64,000 bases of DNA, from the NCBI GenBank assembly GCA_026387235.1, contig JAPLMD010000069.1:26920-90919 (forward strand), given 5' to 3'. How positions within the stretch are numbered: the first letter of the stretch is position 1; every line of letters begins with the position of its first letter. This DNA is from Candidatus Omnitrophota bacterium. Lineage in GTDB: Bacteria; Omnitrophota; Gorgyraeia; Gorgyraeales; Gorgyraeaceae. A program made the translations under genes and the position numbers. Below are positions 1-9,963 of this stretch, piece by piece. The notes under the pieces were generated by a model. The model was not told where the DNA came from. It saw only the letters and a program-made list of their open reading frames with translations, and made no database searches.

Positions 1-2256
1 CAGGATAAGATATTCATACATAGAGACCTATCCAGGTTTTTTTATCCTTTAAGGGAATTCAGCGCAAATGAGTTTTTAAAGTTCAAAATACCTCTCTGGG
101 ACCCGTATATACATTGCGGGAGCCCGCATCTGGCAGAACTCCAGACATGCGTATTCTATCCTCTCAGCGTAATATACCTGTTATTTTCTTATCCAAATGC
201 ATTTAATTATTTCATAATAATCCATATTTTCCTGGCGGGTTTATTTATCTATATTTTAATGAAGGAGTGGAGGCATTCTAACTATGCATGCTTTTTATCC
301 GCATCGGTTTTTATGTTCTCAGGTTATATAATTTCCGTAATAAATCTTTTGGCTTCGCTTGCTTCAGTCATATGGCTTCCGCTGGTAATTTTATTTTACG
401 AAAGGGCGTTAAAAAAAGATTGGGCCAAAAATTCTATCATTACAGGCATATTCATGACTCTGATGTTTACGGGAGGAGAGCCTGTGATTTTATATGCCAC
501 GTTTTTTATCTTGTTTTTAATTAATGGGGCGGATCGCTCGAACAATATTGGTATTCTTCGAGCGAAGTCGAGAAGTATGTTGTTAGCTACTATAGTTTTC
601 CTAGGGCTTGCAAGTTTTCAGATCCTGCCTTTTTTAGAATTTTTAAAGCACACATCAAGAAACCTGATGGATTTCAACGAAGCCTCTATGTGGTCTTTGC
701 CCGTGTATGCGCTTTCAGATTTATTTATTCCCTACTTAAGCGAATCAGATTATATATATAAGAATTACTGGACCAGGCAGAGCTGGCTTTTGGTTTATTA
801 TATGGGCATAGCTGTAATCATATTTGCGTTTATAGCTTTAAAATTTGATTCTACAAAAAGAAGAAAGACAATTTTTTATATCCTGGCGTTGGGCCTTGTG
901 CTTTCTTTCGGCAGATATACGCCTTTTTATTATCTTTTATATAATTTTCTCCCTGGTTTTAGCCTTTCCAGATATCCGATAAAGTTCTTTTTTATAGTAG
1001 CGTTTTCTCTGGCGATTCTGGCAGGAATAGGCATGGATTATTACAGGCAGCATGCCAGAACGAATGCAGATTTCGGAAAATTTTTAAAATTTATTTTGGC
1101 TACAGGGTTCGCGGCTTCGTTTTTGTATCTTGTATTCAGTCTGAATTTTTACGGCATCTGCGATTTTTTAAGAGACAGCATATTAAATGTTGCAGGTAAT
1201 CTAGGCGGTAAAAAAGATAATGTCGGACAACTGGTTCTCGCAGGCGGCCATAATATAAAAAGGGGCATAGGTTTATTTATGTTTTTATCAGTGGTTATGT
1301 TTTTCGGCATCAAAAAGCGGATAAGCATGAAAGCAGTTTTATCTTTTATTTTATTAATAGCCCTGGTCGATGTATTTATGGCAAATAAAAATGTATATCA
1401 AAATATGAGCATAAAGGAGTTTTTAAAACCTGGCGGTTCAATAGAATTTTTACAGCATGACAAAGCCCTTTTCAGGATATTCGATTCTCCGGCCACGCTT
1501 AGGCAGAATATGTTTGTGCCTGAGAGGGACTATTTTGAAGGCATGTCAGGCCTTAAAGAGAGGGTGGCCTCAGATAGAGGCGTGAGTTTCGGCATATATG
1601 ACGCATATGGCTATGGATCGCTTTACAATAGAAGACACGAAGAGGTTTTAGATATTATCGGAAGCCGAAAGACGCCCGATGAAACAAATCTTTTGAATCT
1701 ATTAAATGTAAAATATATAATCTCGCCCAAGGACTTGAAAATAAACGGATACAGGATGGTGAAGAAGGCTGAGAAGGCAAATATCTATGAGAACGAAAAT
1801 TATTTACCGAGGGCGTTCCTGGCAGATAAGGCAATTGTTATTAAAGATGAGAAAAAGATTCTGGAGTTTATGAAGAGTAAAGATTTTAACCCGGCTAGAG
1901 AAGTGATATTAGAAGAGGATTTTTCTTATGCGGCAGACCGAGCGAAGCGAATAAGCCGGGAAGAATCGGTGAATATTTTAAAATATTCACCAAATTATGT
2001 TGAAATAGAAGCTGTTGCGGGCGAATCTAAGTTTCTGATATTGAGCGATACGTATTATCCCGGGTGGAAGGCGGCCGTGGATGAAGAGCCGGGTAAGATT
2101 TACAGGGCAGATTATATTTTACGCGCAGTTTATATTAAACCGGGCAGGCATATCGTGAGGTTTACATATGACCCGTTTTCGTTTAGAATAGGCGCCATAA
2201 TAACGTTAGTTACAATAGGGGCTTTACTGGGATTATGGATAAAAAGATTATTATAG
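1..2256 (+). CDS. YfhO-like polytopic membrane protein (glycosylation-associated). 5'-partial: frame 1 is open from nt 1, so the ORF-track start at 259 is internal.
   Basis: No stop in frame 1 from nt 1 to 258. The translated upstream part (…FKIPLWDPYIHCGSP…) matches the YfhO N-terminal signature. Many TM segments. Followed directly by a GT2 gene, as in the csbB-yfhO pairing. Confidence 0.6.
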   Translation, partial: QDKIFIHRDLSRFFYPLREFSANEFLKFKIPLWDPYIHCGSPHLAELQTCVFYPLSVIYLLFSYPNAFNYFIIIHIFLAGLFIYILMKEWRHSNYACFLSASVFMFSGYIISVINLLASLASVIWLPLVILFYERALKKDWAKNSIITGIFMTLMFTGGEPVILYATFFILFLINGADRSNNIGILRAKSRSMLLATIVFLGLASFQILPFLEFLKHTSRNLMDFNEASMWSLPVYALSDLFIPYLSESDYIYKNYWTRQSWLLVYYMGIAVIIFAFIALKFDSTKRRKTIFYILALGLVLSFGRYTPFYYLLYNFLPGFSLSRYPIKFFFIVAFSLAILAGIGMDYYRQHARTNADFGKFLKFILATGFAASFLYLVFSLNFYGICDFLRDSILNVAGNLGGKKDNVGQLVLAGGHNIKRGIGLFMFLSVVMFFGIKKRISMKAVLSFILLIALVDVFMANKNVYQNMSIKEFLKPGGSIEFLQHDKALFRIFDSPATLRQNMFVPERDYFEGMSGLKERVASDRGVSFGIYDAYGYGSLYNRRHEEVLDIIGSRKTPDETNLLNLLNVKYIISPKDLKINGYRMVKKAEKANIYENENYLPRAFLADKAIVIKDEKKILEFMKSKDFNPAREVILEEDFSYAADRAKRISREESVNILKYSPNYVEIEAVAGESKFLILSDTYYPGWKAAVDEEPGKIYRADYILRAVYIKPGRHIVRFTYDPFSFRIGAIITLVTIGALLGLWIKRLL

Positions 2257-2921
2257 TGATGCCAGCTTATAATGCGGAATTGACCCTGGAAAAGACATGC
2301 CGGGATATACCAAAAGGGCTTGTCAGCGAGGTTATACTCTGCGATGACGAAAGCAAAGACAGGACTGTTGAGATAGCTAAAGAACTGGGGCTTACTGTAT
2401 TGATTCACGATAATAATAAAGGCTATGGAGGAAATCAGAAAACATTATATAAAGAAGCGCTTACAAAAAATCCGGATGTCGTAGTAATGCTTCATCCTGA
2501 TTATCAGTATGATTCAAAAAAGATACCGGATCTTATACAGCCTATATTGGATAATAAGGCTGATATTGTGCTGGGTTCAAGGATTTTAGGAAAAGGCGCA
2601 TTAAAAGGAGGCATGCCTGTTTATAAATATATTTCAAACAGGTTTCTTACATTCTGTGAAAATAAAAGGCTGGGGTTAAACCTCTCGGAATACCACACAG
2701 GCCTTAGGGCTTACACGAGGGATTTTCTGGAAAAGGTCAACTGGCAGGATAACTCAGATGATTTTTTATTTGACGGCCAGATCCTGATAAAAGCAGCTAG
2801 GTTGGGGCTTAGGATAGCGGAGATCCCTATTGAAACAAGATATTTTAAAGAGGCATCGCAGGTTGGATTTTTTGCTGGTATTAAATATGGGCTTGGTATA
2901 TTATGGGAATTAACAAAATGA
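2235..2921 (+). CDS. Family 2 glycosyltransferase (polyprenol-phosphate sugar transferase-like, CsbB/DPM1-like)
   Basis: N-terminal 'IIVMPAYNAE…VILCDDESKD' DxD-type GT-A motifs. 228 aa. Overlaps the YfhO-like gene by 22 nt. Confidence 0.75.
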   Translation: MDKKIIIVMPAYNAELTLEKTCRDIPKGLVSEVILCDDESKDRTVEIAKELGLTVLIHDNNKGYGGNQKTLYKEALTKNPDVVVMLHPDYQYDSKKIPDLIQPILDNKADIVLGSRILGKGALKGGMPVYKYISNRFLTFCENKRLGLNLSEYHTGLRAYTRDFLEKVNWQDNSDDFLFDGQILIKAARLGLRIAEIPIETRYFKEASQVGFFAGIKYGLGILWELTK

Positions 2922-3415
2922 AAAACCACAAAGGCTTTACATTAACAGAACTCGTGATGCTGATAGTTATAATAGGTATAGTTGCGCTGGTTGCTATGCC
3001 AAAGGCTAGTACAGGATCAGCTGTGAGGCTGGAGGCAGCTTGCCAGAAAATTGCCTCTGATTTAAGATATGCTCAAGAAATGTCTTTAGCCCAGCAGGTG
3101 AGATTAGGGATATCTTTTGATCCTGTGAACGAAGCTTATTTTGTTTACAGAGTAAATGTAGGTACAGTAGCTAGCGATCCTCAAACAAGAAATAATTTTA
3201 ATGTTTCATTTGTTACTCTTAATGAATTTAAAGGTATAGATATAGCCAGCACAAGTTTCAACAATAAGGTAGAGTTTGATTCAGTAGGCGCTCCGTATGA
3301 TGGGAATGGAGTTATTTTATCAAGCCAGGGCGTTATAACTCTTCAGGCTCAGGGAGGGGTGTATTCAAGGACAGTAAGGATAGAAGCTAAAACAGGCAAG
3401 GTAAGCGTGCAATGA
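2918..3415 (+). CDS. Prepilin-type N-terminal cleavage/methylation domain protein (type IV minor pilin/pseudopilin)
   Basis: MKNHKG|FTLTELVMLIVIIGIVA class-III leader with hydrophobic helix. ATG at 2918 overlaps the GT2 stop (ATGA); the ORF-track start at 2903 is probably too early. Confidence 0.75.
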   Translation: MKNHKGFTLTELVMLIVIIGIVALVAMPKASTGSAVRLEAACQKIASDLRYAQEMSLAQQVRLGISFDPVNEAYFVYRVNVGTVASDPQTRNNFNVSFVTLNEFKGIDIASTSFNNKVEFDSVGAPYDGNGVILSSQGVITLQAQGGVYSRTVRIEAKTGKVSVQ

Positions 3416-3792
3416 GAGGTTTTACTTTAATAGAGACAGTTATTGGGATAGTGGTGATAGGGATAATAGCTTTGGGGTTATTCGCTACGTTTACAGGGGT
3501 ATTTACTAATGCGGCCAGGGATGAAGTGGTGAGCGTAGCTACTGTGCTAGCGAGAGGAGAAATGGAAAGGGTGACACGCTTGAGCTTTGCAAGCGTGGTT
3601 GACCAAAACAGGGGATCCCCTGTAAGTTTCGGAGGGAATTTCGCTAATTATTCCTGGCAGATAAGGGTGGATGCTGTGCCTGTAGGAATCGCTAATGACC
3701 CAGGCATGATTAATTATAAACAAGTAGAATCAAGAGTGACAAATCCTATAGTGGGAGATATTGGCTTAAAAACTATTGTAACTAATAATTGA
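3412..3792 (+). CDS. Prepilin-type minor pilin/pseudopilin
   Basis: MRG|FTLIETVIGIVVIGIIA leader. Overlaps the previous gene by 4 nt. Confidence 0.75.
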   Translation: MRGFTLIETVIGIVVIGIIALGLFATFTGVFTNAARDEVVSVATVLARGEMERVTRLSFASVVDQNRGSPVSFGGNFANYSWQIRVDAVPVGIANDPGMINYKQVESRVTNPIVGDIGLKTIVTNN

Positions 3793-3793
3793 A

Positions 3794-4291
3794 ATGAAAA
3801 AAGAAAAAGGTTTTACTTTAATAGAAGTAATTATAGTAATAACAATAGTGGGGATTGTTTCAGTTATAATAGGATCCATGCTACTGGGGGTTGTGAAAGC
3901 GTGGACGTTTAAAATTAACAGGAACGATATATTATGGGATGGCAGGCTTGCAATAAACAGGATGACAAGGGAGATAAGGACTGTCAGGAATGATGCAAGC
4001 GTTACAACAGCGTCTTCAAGCCAATTTAGATTTATTGATTCAGCGAATATAGATATCACTTACAGCCTGAGCAGTGCGAATTTAAACAGGACTGAAAACG
4101 GGACTGCGAATTTATTGGCAGAAAACGTATCCAGCCTCAGTTTTACTTATTATGACGCAGCAGGAACTGTTATCCCGAGTCCTACGGTGAGCCCTACGAC
4201 TGATATAAAAAGGGTAAGGATAAATCTTACATTTACTAAAAATGGCCAAACTTTCTATTTACAATCAGATAGTATGCCGAGGAATTTCTAA
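3794..4291 (+). CDS. Prepilin-type minor pilin (PilW/GspJ-like)
   Basis: MKKEKG|FTLIEVIIVITIVGIV leader. 165 aa. Confidence 0.7.
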   Translation: MKKEKGFTLIEVIIVITIVGIVSVIIGSMLLGVVKAWTFKINRNDILWDGRLAINRMTREIRTVRNDASVTTASSSQFRFIDSANIDITYSLSSANLNRTENGTANLLAENVSSLSFTYYDAAGTVIPSPTVSPTTDIKRVRINLTFTKNGQTFYLQSDSMPRNF

Positions 4292-4691
4292 TAAAGGCAT
4301 ATCGCTGGTAGCTGTAGTTATTGTGATGCTGATAGCTGCAGCGCTTGCTTTGTTTATAGCTTCTTCAATGTCGTCAGGCAATATATCAGCTGTAACAGAC
4401 ATGCAGTCTGAACAGGCATTTTATATTGCCCAGGCAGGAATGGAGTGGTATTTAGAACAGTTGGAGGGGGATAATAACTGGAAGAGTCCGCCTACAGTAA
4501 AAACTAATCAGACATTTGGAGCAGGCGCATTCAGCGTGACTTATGCCAATGAAGATACGAAAGATATAGATGTAACTAGCACAGGCAAAGTTACTGGGTG
4601 GGATGGAAATACAGTTCAACGGGTTATAACATGCCATGTAAATGAGCACGGCCATGACATAATAACTTCTCTATGGCAGGAAACATTATAG
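4242..4691 (+). CDS. PilX/GspK-like minor pilin (start uncertain)
   Basis: N-terminal 'GISLVAVVIVMLIAAALALFIASS' hydrophobic segment typical of PilX N-termini. Overlaps the upstream gene by 50 nt, so the true start may be downstream. Confidence 0.5.
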   Translation: MAKLSIYNQIVCRGISNKGISLVAVVIVMLIAAALALFIASSMSSGNISAVTDMQSEQAFYIAQAGMEWYLEQLEGDNNWKSPPTVKTNQTFGAGAFSVTYANEDTKDIDVTSTGKVTGWDGNTVQRVITCHVNEHGHDIITSLWQETL

Positions 4692-4711
4692 TTATGGTAT
4701 AATCTGACAAT

Positions 4712-6250
4712 ATGAATGCAGGCATTTTAGAAAAACTCAAAAAAGAATACAAGTCGCTTCTCATAGGCATGGGCATAGGTTCCAGGTCTGCTAATTTTAT
4801 AGGTTTGGATATCGGGTCCAGGCATTTCAGGGCTGTAAGGGTTAAAAAGACAGGAGATGGTTTCTCGGTTTTGGATACATTGGTCGACAGCATAGAAAAG
4901 TTAGGGAATTTCCCGGTTAAAATGGCCGTAAAAGACGATGAAGAAGTATGCGTAAATTTAAATTCCGAAGGCGTTATTATAAAAAGGCTAAGCATACCTG
5001 TAATGCCTCATGAAGAGATTGAGAGCGCTCTTCGGTGGGAATTAAAAGAAGGTGTTGATTTTGATATTGATAAGGCCAAAATAAAATTTAATGTCCTAGG
5101 AGAAAAAGAAACAGAGGACGGCGCGAAAAAGATAGAATTGATTGTTTTTGCTTATCAGGAGCTCGGCGTAGAATCAAAAGTAAAGCAATTAAAAGAGATC
5201 GGCTTAAACGTGCAGAACGTAGTGCCTCTGGATTTCGCCCTGGCTAGATATTTAAGTAATTCAAAAATTATTCCTGAAAATGAAAAGGCTGCGATTGTAG
5301 ACATAGGCAGCGTGAAAACAATTATTTCTATAATTGAAAAGGGCAGGGTTTATTTTACAAGAGATATAGCGATAGGCGGGGACGCTATAACAGAGGCTAT
5401 GACAGGCGCTACTATGTCAGAAAAAGGCAGAATGGAATTATCCAGGGAAAATGCTGAGAAGATGAAAATCGAAAATGGCATTCCCGATGATATGAAAGCG
5501 CTGGCTATGATAAGGCCTATATTGGAAAAGCTTGCGAGTCAGATAAAAAGTTCCCTGGAATACTATGAACAGCATTTTCATGAAAAAGGTGTTAAAAGAA
5601 TAATACTGGCGGGCAACGGCTCCAGATTGAAAGGCCTTAGGGAGTACATTATTAAGGAAACAGGCGTAGAGGTGTTGGCAATATTGCCTGAAGAGGCAGG
5701 AGCCATAGGCCTTGCCTTGAGCACCGGCTTGAACTTGAATATGCTTCCTGAAAAATTCAGGTCAGAGGGTCAGAAGGCGCTGAAGAGATTTTCTGTCAGG
5801 TTGTCTGCCATTATTTTAGCGGGTATATTGTTATTTTCATACGCTTTATTATGCATACAAGCCATAAACCTCACTAAAGGCGCGGAAATCCAAAGGCAGC
5901 ACTGGAATAATCTCCGGGAGATAAAGATATTAAAGGATAAGATAATAGCGTATAAGTCTGTTATAGATACGATTTCTCTAAACGGCATAAATGCGGGTAA
6001 TATAATGAAAGAAACAAGCAAACTTATTCTTTCTGACATGGCGCTGGATAGGTTTACGATAGATAGTAAAGAGCCTAATATAAGAATAGGCGGGGTTGTA
6101 TTTAAGCAGGATTCGTTGACTGAATTTATGTCAAAACTGGAGTCTAGCCCTCTGTTTCAGAATGTGAAACTTTCTTTCAGCGAAAAAAGCCAATCTTCAG
6201 GTTCGCCGGATGCGGCTACTTTTGAGATAACGGCTAATATAGCAAAATAA
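4712..6250 (+). CDS. pilM: Type IV pilus assembly PilM-PilN fusion protein
   Basis: N-terminal actin-like ATPase fold (FIGLDIGSRHFRAV…, ILAGNGSRL). Single TM (LSAIILAGILLFSYALLCI) around aa 365, followed by a PilN-like periplasmic segment. 512 aa total, versus roughly 350+190 for separate PilM and PilN. Confidence 0.7.
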   Translation: MNAGILEKLKKEYKSLLIGMGIGSRSANFIGLDIGSRHFRAVRVKKTGDGFSVLDTLVDSIEKLGNFPVKMAVKDDEEVCVNLNSEGVIIKRLSIPVMPHEEIESALRWELKEGVDFDIDKAKIKFNVLGEKETEDGAKKIELIVFAYQELGVESKVKQLKEIGLNVQNVVPLDFALARYLSNSKIIPENEKAAIVDIGSVKTIISIIEKGRVYFTRDIAIGGDAITEAMTGATMSEKGRMELSRENAEKMKIENGIPDDMKALAMIRPILEKLASQIKSSLEYYEQHFHEKGVKRIILAGNGSRLKGLREYIIKETGVEVLAILPEEAGAIGLALSTGLNLNMLPEKFRSEGQKALKRFSVRLSAIILAGILLFSYALLCIQAINLTKGAEIQRQHWNNLREIKILKDKIIAYKSVIDTISLNGINAGNIMKETSKLILSDMALDRFTIDSKEPNIRIGGVVFKQDSLTEFMSKLESSPLFQNVKLSFSEKSQSSGSPDAATFEITANIAK

Positions 6251-6254
6251 TAAC

Positions 6255-6839
6255 ATGGATAAAAAATTAACAGGGGAAGATAAAAACAATATTTTAACAA
6301 TGTTTATTCTTACGGGCATAACGGTTTTGTTCCTGCAATTTATTTATTTTCCAAAAGTCATGGAAGTTAAAAAGCTTAGCAGAGAGAACAAAAAAACAAG
6401 GTCAGACATAGCGGAACTTTATAATTTTATAGGCGGTCAGGAGAATCTAAAGGATAATATTATTAAGGCGCGCAACTATGCCGCAATCCTTGAAAACGCG
6501 CTCCCTTCCGAAAAAGAGGCATCGAATATAATCAAACAGCTCAATGAAGAGGCTAGGGATTTAAAGGTTAGCGTAATTTCCGTAAAACCGAGAGACCTTT
6601 CAAGCTGTACAGATACGCAGGGTTTACAGCTTAATATTTCCGATCATATATGTAAAAGCATGCCTATCAACTTGAGCGTTGAGGCCAGGTATCAGGCACT
6701 GGGAGATTTTCTGCATAAAATAGAGTTTGACAGAAATCCAATGATGCGCGTCAATAAAGTGGAGATGAGAAAAGATATAAATATATTGCCAAAGATAAAG
6801 GCGGACATAGAGTTAAGTGCCGGCGTGCTGGGAGAATAA
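6255..6839 (+). CDS. pilO: Type IV pilus assembly protein PilO-like
   Basis: N-terminal TM followed by coiled-coil and a periplasmic domain. Position immediately after pilMN. Confidence 0.55.
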   Translation: MDKKLTGEDKNNILTMFILTGITVLFLQFIYFPKVMEVKKLSRENKKTRSDIAELYNFIGGQENLKDNIIKARNYAAILENALPSEKEASNIIKQLNEEARDLKVSVISVKPRDLSSCTDTQGLQLNISDHICKSMPINLSVEARYQALGDFLHKIEFDRNPMMRVNKVEMRKDINILPKIKADIELSAGVLGE

Positions 6840-6840
6840 T

Positions 6841-7272
6841 ATGTTAAAAGACGCGGATGTTAAACAAAGAATAGAATTAACCATAACAGGCATAGGTATA
6901 ATTATTTTTATATTTTTGATTATAAGTTATATGCCTAAATCCAGGGATAAAAGAGTTGTTTTAAAAATCGAACCTTATTCTGCTTCGAAAGTTGCTATGG
7001 CTGTGGCTTCCGAAGTAAAATCCTGGGGGAATACGAGATGGGGCAGAGATCCTTTTTTACTGGATGCTTCTAATGTGAAAGAGCAAGGCATGGAAGACCT
7101 GTCTCTTAATGGGATAGTATCTGATATGGAGAATCCGTATGCCATAATAAATAATGAGGTCATCAAACTGGGCGATACAGTAAACGGGATGACCGTTATT
7201 GAGATTAACGAGAAGAGTGTTGTCCTGGAGCAGGATGGCCAGAAGCATACCCTGGAATTGAACATATATTAG
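6841..7272 (+). CDS. pilP: PilP-like pilus assembly protein
   Basis: N-terminal TM anchor. C-terminal beta-rich segment (GIV…AIINNEVIKLGDTVNGMTVIEINEKSVVL) resembles the PilP fold. Start chosen at MLKD, ATG 6841. Confidence 0.45.
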   Translation: MLKDADVKQRIELTITGIGIIIFIFLIISYMPKSRDKRVVLKIEPYSASKVAMAVASEVKSWGNTRWGRDPFLLDASNVKEQGMEDLSLNGIVSDMENPYAIINNEVIKLGDTVNGMTVIEINEKSVVLEQDGQKHTLELNIY

Positions 7273-7341
7273 CCTTAAGACCATTTCCCGTTTCTTTAAT
7301 TATTGACTTTGGCATATTCTATGTGTTAACATACTCTGTCT

Positions 7342-8253
7342 ATGGCTAAGAATAGACCGAGAAGAGTGTTTATTTTTTTACTCTTCAGGCTCATAAGTTT
7401 TATTGTTTTAGCGTTTCCTATCAGAATAGGGCTTATGCTTGGCCAGGCCTTTGGAAGCCTGAGTTTTTATATTCTAAAAAAAGACAGAGAAAAGGCGCTC
7501 AAAAACCTGGACATTGCTTTTGGAGATAGTAAATCTAAGGCAGAAAAAAGAAGCATCGCCAAAAAGGTCTTTGAAAATCTGGGGAAGAATTTTGTAGAGG
7601 TAATATCTATCCCGAAATTTAATAGAGGCAATATAAATAGGTATGTTTCTTGTAATAATATTGGCTTATTAATGCGGTTTGTCCAGGAGAATAAGGGAGC
7701 AATAATACTTTCAGCTCATTTTGGAAATTGGGAACTGCTGGCTCATTACATCTCAATGCAAGGCCTGCCTATAAATGTAATCGCGCGGCGCGCGAGAATG
7801 GATGGGCTTGAGGCGTTTTTGGCCGGGATAAGAAAAAAGAATAATGTAAATGTAATATATAGAGATGCGTCGGCAAAAGAGATAGTAGATTTTTTAAGAA
7901 ATAAAAAATTCGTAGGTATTATGCCTGACCAGGATATGGATAGCGTATCAGGCGTGTTCGTGGATTTTTTCGGAAAAAGCGCGTGGACGCCGAGCGGCCC
8001 GGCTGTTTTAAATCTTTTAACGGGCGTTCCCATAGTCCCGTGCTTTATAGTGCGGAAGCCGTTCGGGCACGAGTTTTTAATTGATGGCCCGGCTGAACTA
8101 GTAAAGACAGGGGATAGGAAAGAAGATATCCTGGAGAACACTCAGAGATACACCAAGATCATAGAAGATTATATAAAAAGATTTCCGGAACACTGGGTTT
8201 GGTTTCATGACCGCTGGAAGACTAAAATATGCGACCAAAGAACTTCGGAATAA
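7342..8253 (+). CDS. Lipid A biosynthesis (Kdo)2-lipid IVA acyltransferase, LpxL/HtrB family
   Basis: N-terminal TM. 'SAHFGNWELLAHY' HX4E/D acyltransferase motif. Length and architecture of LpxL/LpxM. Confidence 0.7.
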   Translation: MAKNRPRRVFIFLLFRLISFIVLAFPIRIGLMLGQAFGSLSFYILKKDREKALKNLDIAFGDSKSKAEKRSIAKKVFENLGKNFVEVISIPKFNRGNINRYVSCNNIGLLMRFVQENKGAIILSAHFGNWELLAHYISMQGLPINVIARRARMDGLEAFLAGIRKKNNVNVIYRDASAKEIVDFLRNKKFVGIMPDQDMDSVSGVFVDFFGKSAWTPSGPAVLNLLTGVPIVPCFIVRKPFGHEFLIDGPAELVKTGDRKEDILENTQRYTKIIEDYIKRFPEHWVWFHDRWKTKICDQRTSE

Positions 8254-9062
8254 CTGTTTTTTTGATATTAATCCTAAACTCGGCATGCGTTGCTGAAGAA
8301 AAAAAAGAAACAGCGCAGCAAGAGGTGAAGGATTTTTCTTTCGTGCAGTATAAAGAAGGTGGTTCCCAGAAGTGGAAAATGAACGGGCGCTCGGCAGAGG
8401 TTTCGGAGAATAAGGTCAATATAGAGTATCTGTCTGCATTGTCTTTCGCCGAAGGCACAATGCTTAAATTGAAAGCTAATAAGGGCGTTTTTGATAAAGG
8501 CGAAAATCTCGTTCATCTCAGCGATAATGTAGTCGCGGCTTCTACTGACGGCACAAAGCTGACCACGGATCATATGGTGTGGGATGCAGAGACAAAAAAT
8601 GTCTCTACTGATGGCAGCGTAAACATAAAAAGGCCTGATATGGAGATTACAGCGAGAGGCGCTACGTGCGACATAGAAGGCAAAACAGCTGAATTAAAAC
8701 AGGACATAAACGCAAAGCTTGTGTCTGATGAATCCGGGATCCCGAATTCTGTGAGCGGCAAGAATCAGACTACTATAACATGCGATGGGCCGTTAGAGTT
8801 GAATTACATGCAGAACAGAGCGTTTTTTCACGGCAACGTAAAGGTAGAAGATTTAAGGGGCAATATCCTGGCGGATCGTTTAGATGTTTATTTCAGCCCT
8901 GAAACAAAACGAGTCAAATGCGTGGTTGCGAGGGGCAACGTAAGAATAATAAATGGAGAAAACGTAACTTACAGCGAAAAGGCGATTTATCTGGTGGATC
9001 AGGGCAGGGTCATACTGCCTAACAGGCCGAAATTGGTTATTCAAAATAATGGATCTAAATAA
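8229..9062 (+). CDS. OstA-like LPS transport periplasmic protein (LptA/LptC family, two OstA_N-like halves)
   Basis: Signal peptide. C-terminal half resembles the LptA beta-jellyroll. Immediately upstream of lptB. Confidence 0.6.
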   Translation: MRPKNFGITVFLILILNSACVAEEKKETAQQEVKDFSFVQYKEGGSQKWKMNGRSAEVSENKVNIEYLSALSFAEGTMLKLKANKGVFDKGENLVHLSDNVVAASTDGTKLTTDHMVWDAETKNVSTDGSVNIKRPDMEITARGATCDIEGKTAELKQDINAKLVSDESGIPNSVSGKNQTTITCDGPLELNYMQNRAFFHGNVKVEDLRGNILADRLDVYFSPETKRVKCVVARGNVRIINGENVTYSEKAIYLVDQGRVILPNRPKLVIQNNGSK

Positions 9063-9789
9063 TAACGGGCATATTTTAGAAATAAGTAATCTGGTAAAAT
9101 CCTACGACGGAAAAAGGGTTGTGGACAACGTCTGCATGAAGGTAAAACGCGGAGAAGTCGTAGGGCTCTTGGGCCCAAACGGGGCTGGTAAGACAACCAC
9201 ATTTTATATGATAGTGGGAATACTCAGGCCTGACGGCGGAAATATAATTTTTGACGGGAACGATATTACGAAACTTGCTATGTACAGAAGGGCCAGGAAC
9301 GGCATAGGTTATCTTTCGCAGGAACCTTCGATATTCAGGAAACTTACTGTCGAAGAAAATATAATGGCTGTATTGGAGACTCTGAATCTTCCCAGGCAGG
9401 TGCGCATAAACAGATTAAGAGAACTTCTTGAAGAGTTAAGCATAAGCCACCTCGCGAAGAAAAAGGCATACATGCTTTCGGGCGGAGAGAGGCGCAGACT
9501 GGAGATAACAAGGGCGCTTGTTACAAATCCGCTATTTATTCTTCTGGACGAACCTTTCAGCGGCATAGACCCCATTGCAGTGGCTGATGCGCAGGATATC
9601 ATAGGCGAATTAAAAAATAAAGGCCTTGGAGTACTTCTGACAGATCACAATGTCAGAGAAACGCTTGAAATAACAGACCATTCGTATATAATGGCACAAG
9701 GAAAGGTAATTATTTCCGGCACAAAAGAAGTGCTGGTTAATGATCCAAAGGCGAGAGAACTATATTTAGGAGAGAAATTCAGGTTATAA
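9049..9789 (+). CDS. lptB: LPS export ABC transporter ATP-binding protein LptB
   Basis: Walker A GPNGAGKTTTFYM, signature LSGGERRRLEI, Walker B ILLDEPF. Close match to the LptB N-terminus (…LLGPNGAGKTTTFYM…). Confidence 0.9.
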   Translation: MDLNNNGHILEISNLVKSYDGKRVVDNVCMKVKRGEVVGLLGPNGAGKTTTFYMIVGILRPDGGNIIFDGNDITKLAMYRRARNGIGYLSQEPSIFRKLTVEENIMAVLETLNLPRQVRINRLRELLEELSISHLAKKKAYMLSGGERRRLEITRALVTNPLFILLDEPFSGIDPIAVADAQDIIGELKNKGLGVLLTDHNVRETLEITDHSYIMAQGKVIISGTKEVLVNDPKARELYLGEKFRL

Positions 9790-9794
9790 ATGAG

Positions 9795-9837
9795 GCCATG
9801 ACTTATGGAGTCCGCAGGACGACATAAGTCATATGGC
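9795..9837. repeat. Inverted repeat/hairpin between lptB and tig
   Basis: GCCATGACTTATG (9795-9807) / CATAAGTCATATGGC (9823-9837): 13-bp stem with a 2-nt bulge and 15-nt loop. No clear T-tract. Confidence 0.4.
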
Positions 9838-9963
9838 TGAATTTATCCCTCGCAGCACGATGAAAAATCTATAGCTGCTCGGGATTAATTCGCACTTCAT
9901 GTAAAAACAGAAAGGAGATTGTTTTACAAAAATCATAGATTTTCGTAAAACAAGTGCTCATTA

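Noticed and set aside
7304-7333. Promoter TTGACT-17/18-TAACAT upstream of the lpxL-family gene
   Set aside because: The -35 box is good but the -10 candidate (TTAACA/TAACAT) is weak. Too uncertain to list as a feature.
9923-9951. Promoter TTTACA-17-TAAAAC upstream of tig
   Set aside because: The -10 would lie only ~12 nt from the start codon, leaving no leader. Probably fortuitous in AT-rich sequence.
9790-9963. Possible tRNA or other RNA gene in the lptB-tig spacer
   Set aside because: No T-loop (GTTCRA) or D-loop signatures and no cloverleaf-compatible pairing. Only a single long hairpin (reported as a repeat). No tRNA or rRNA was recognised anywhere in the window.
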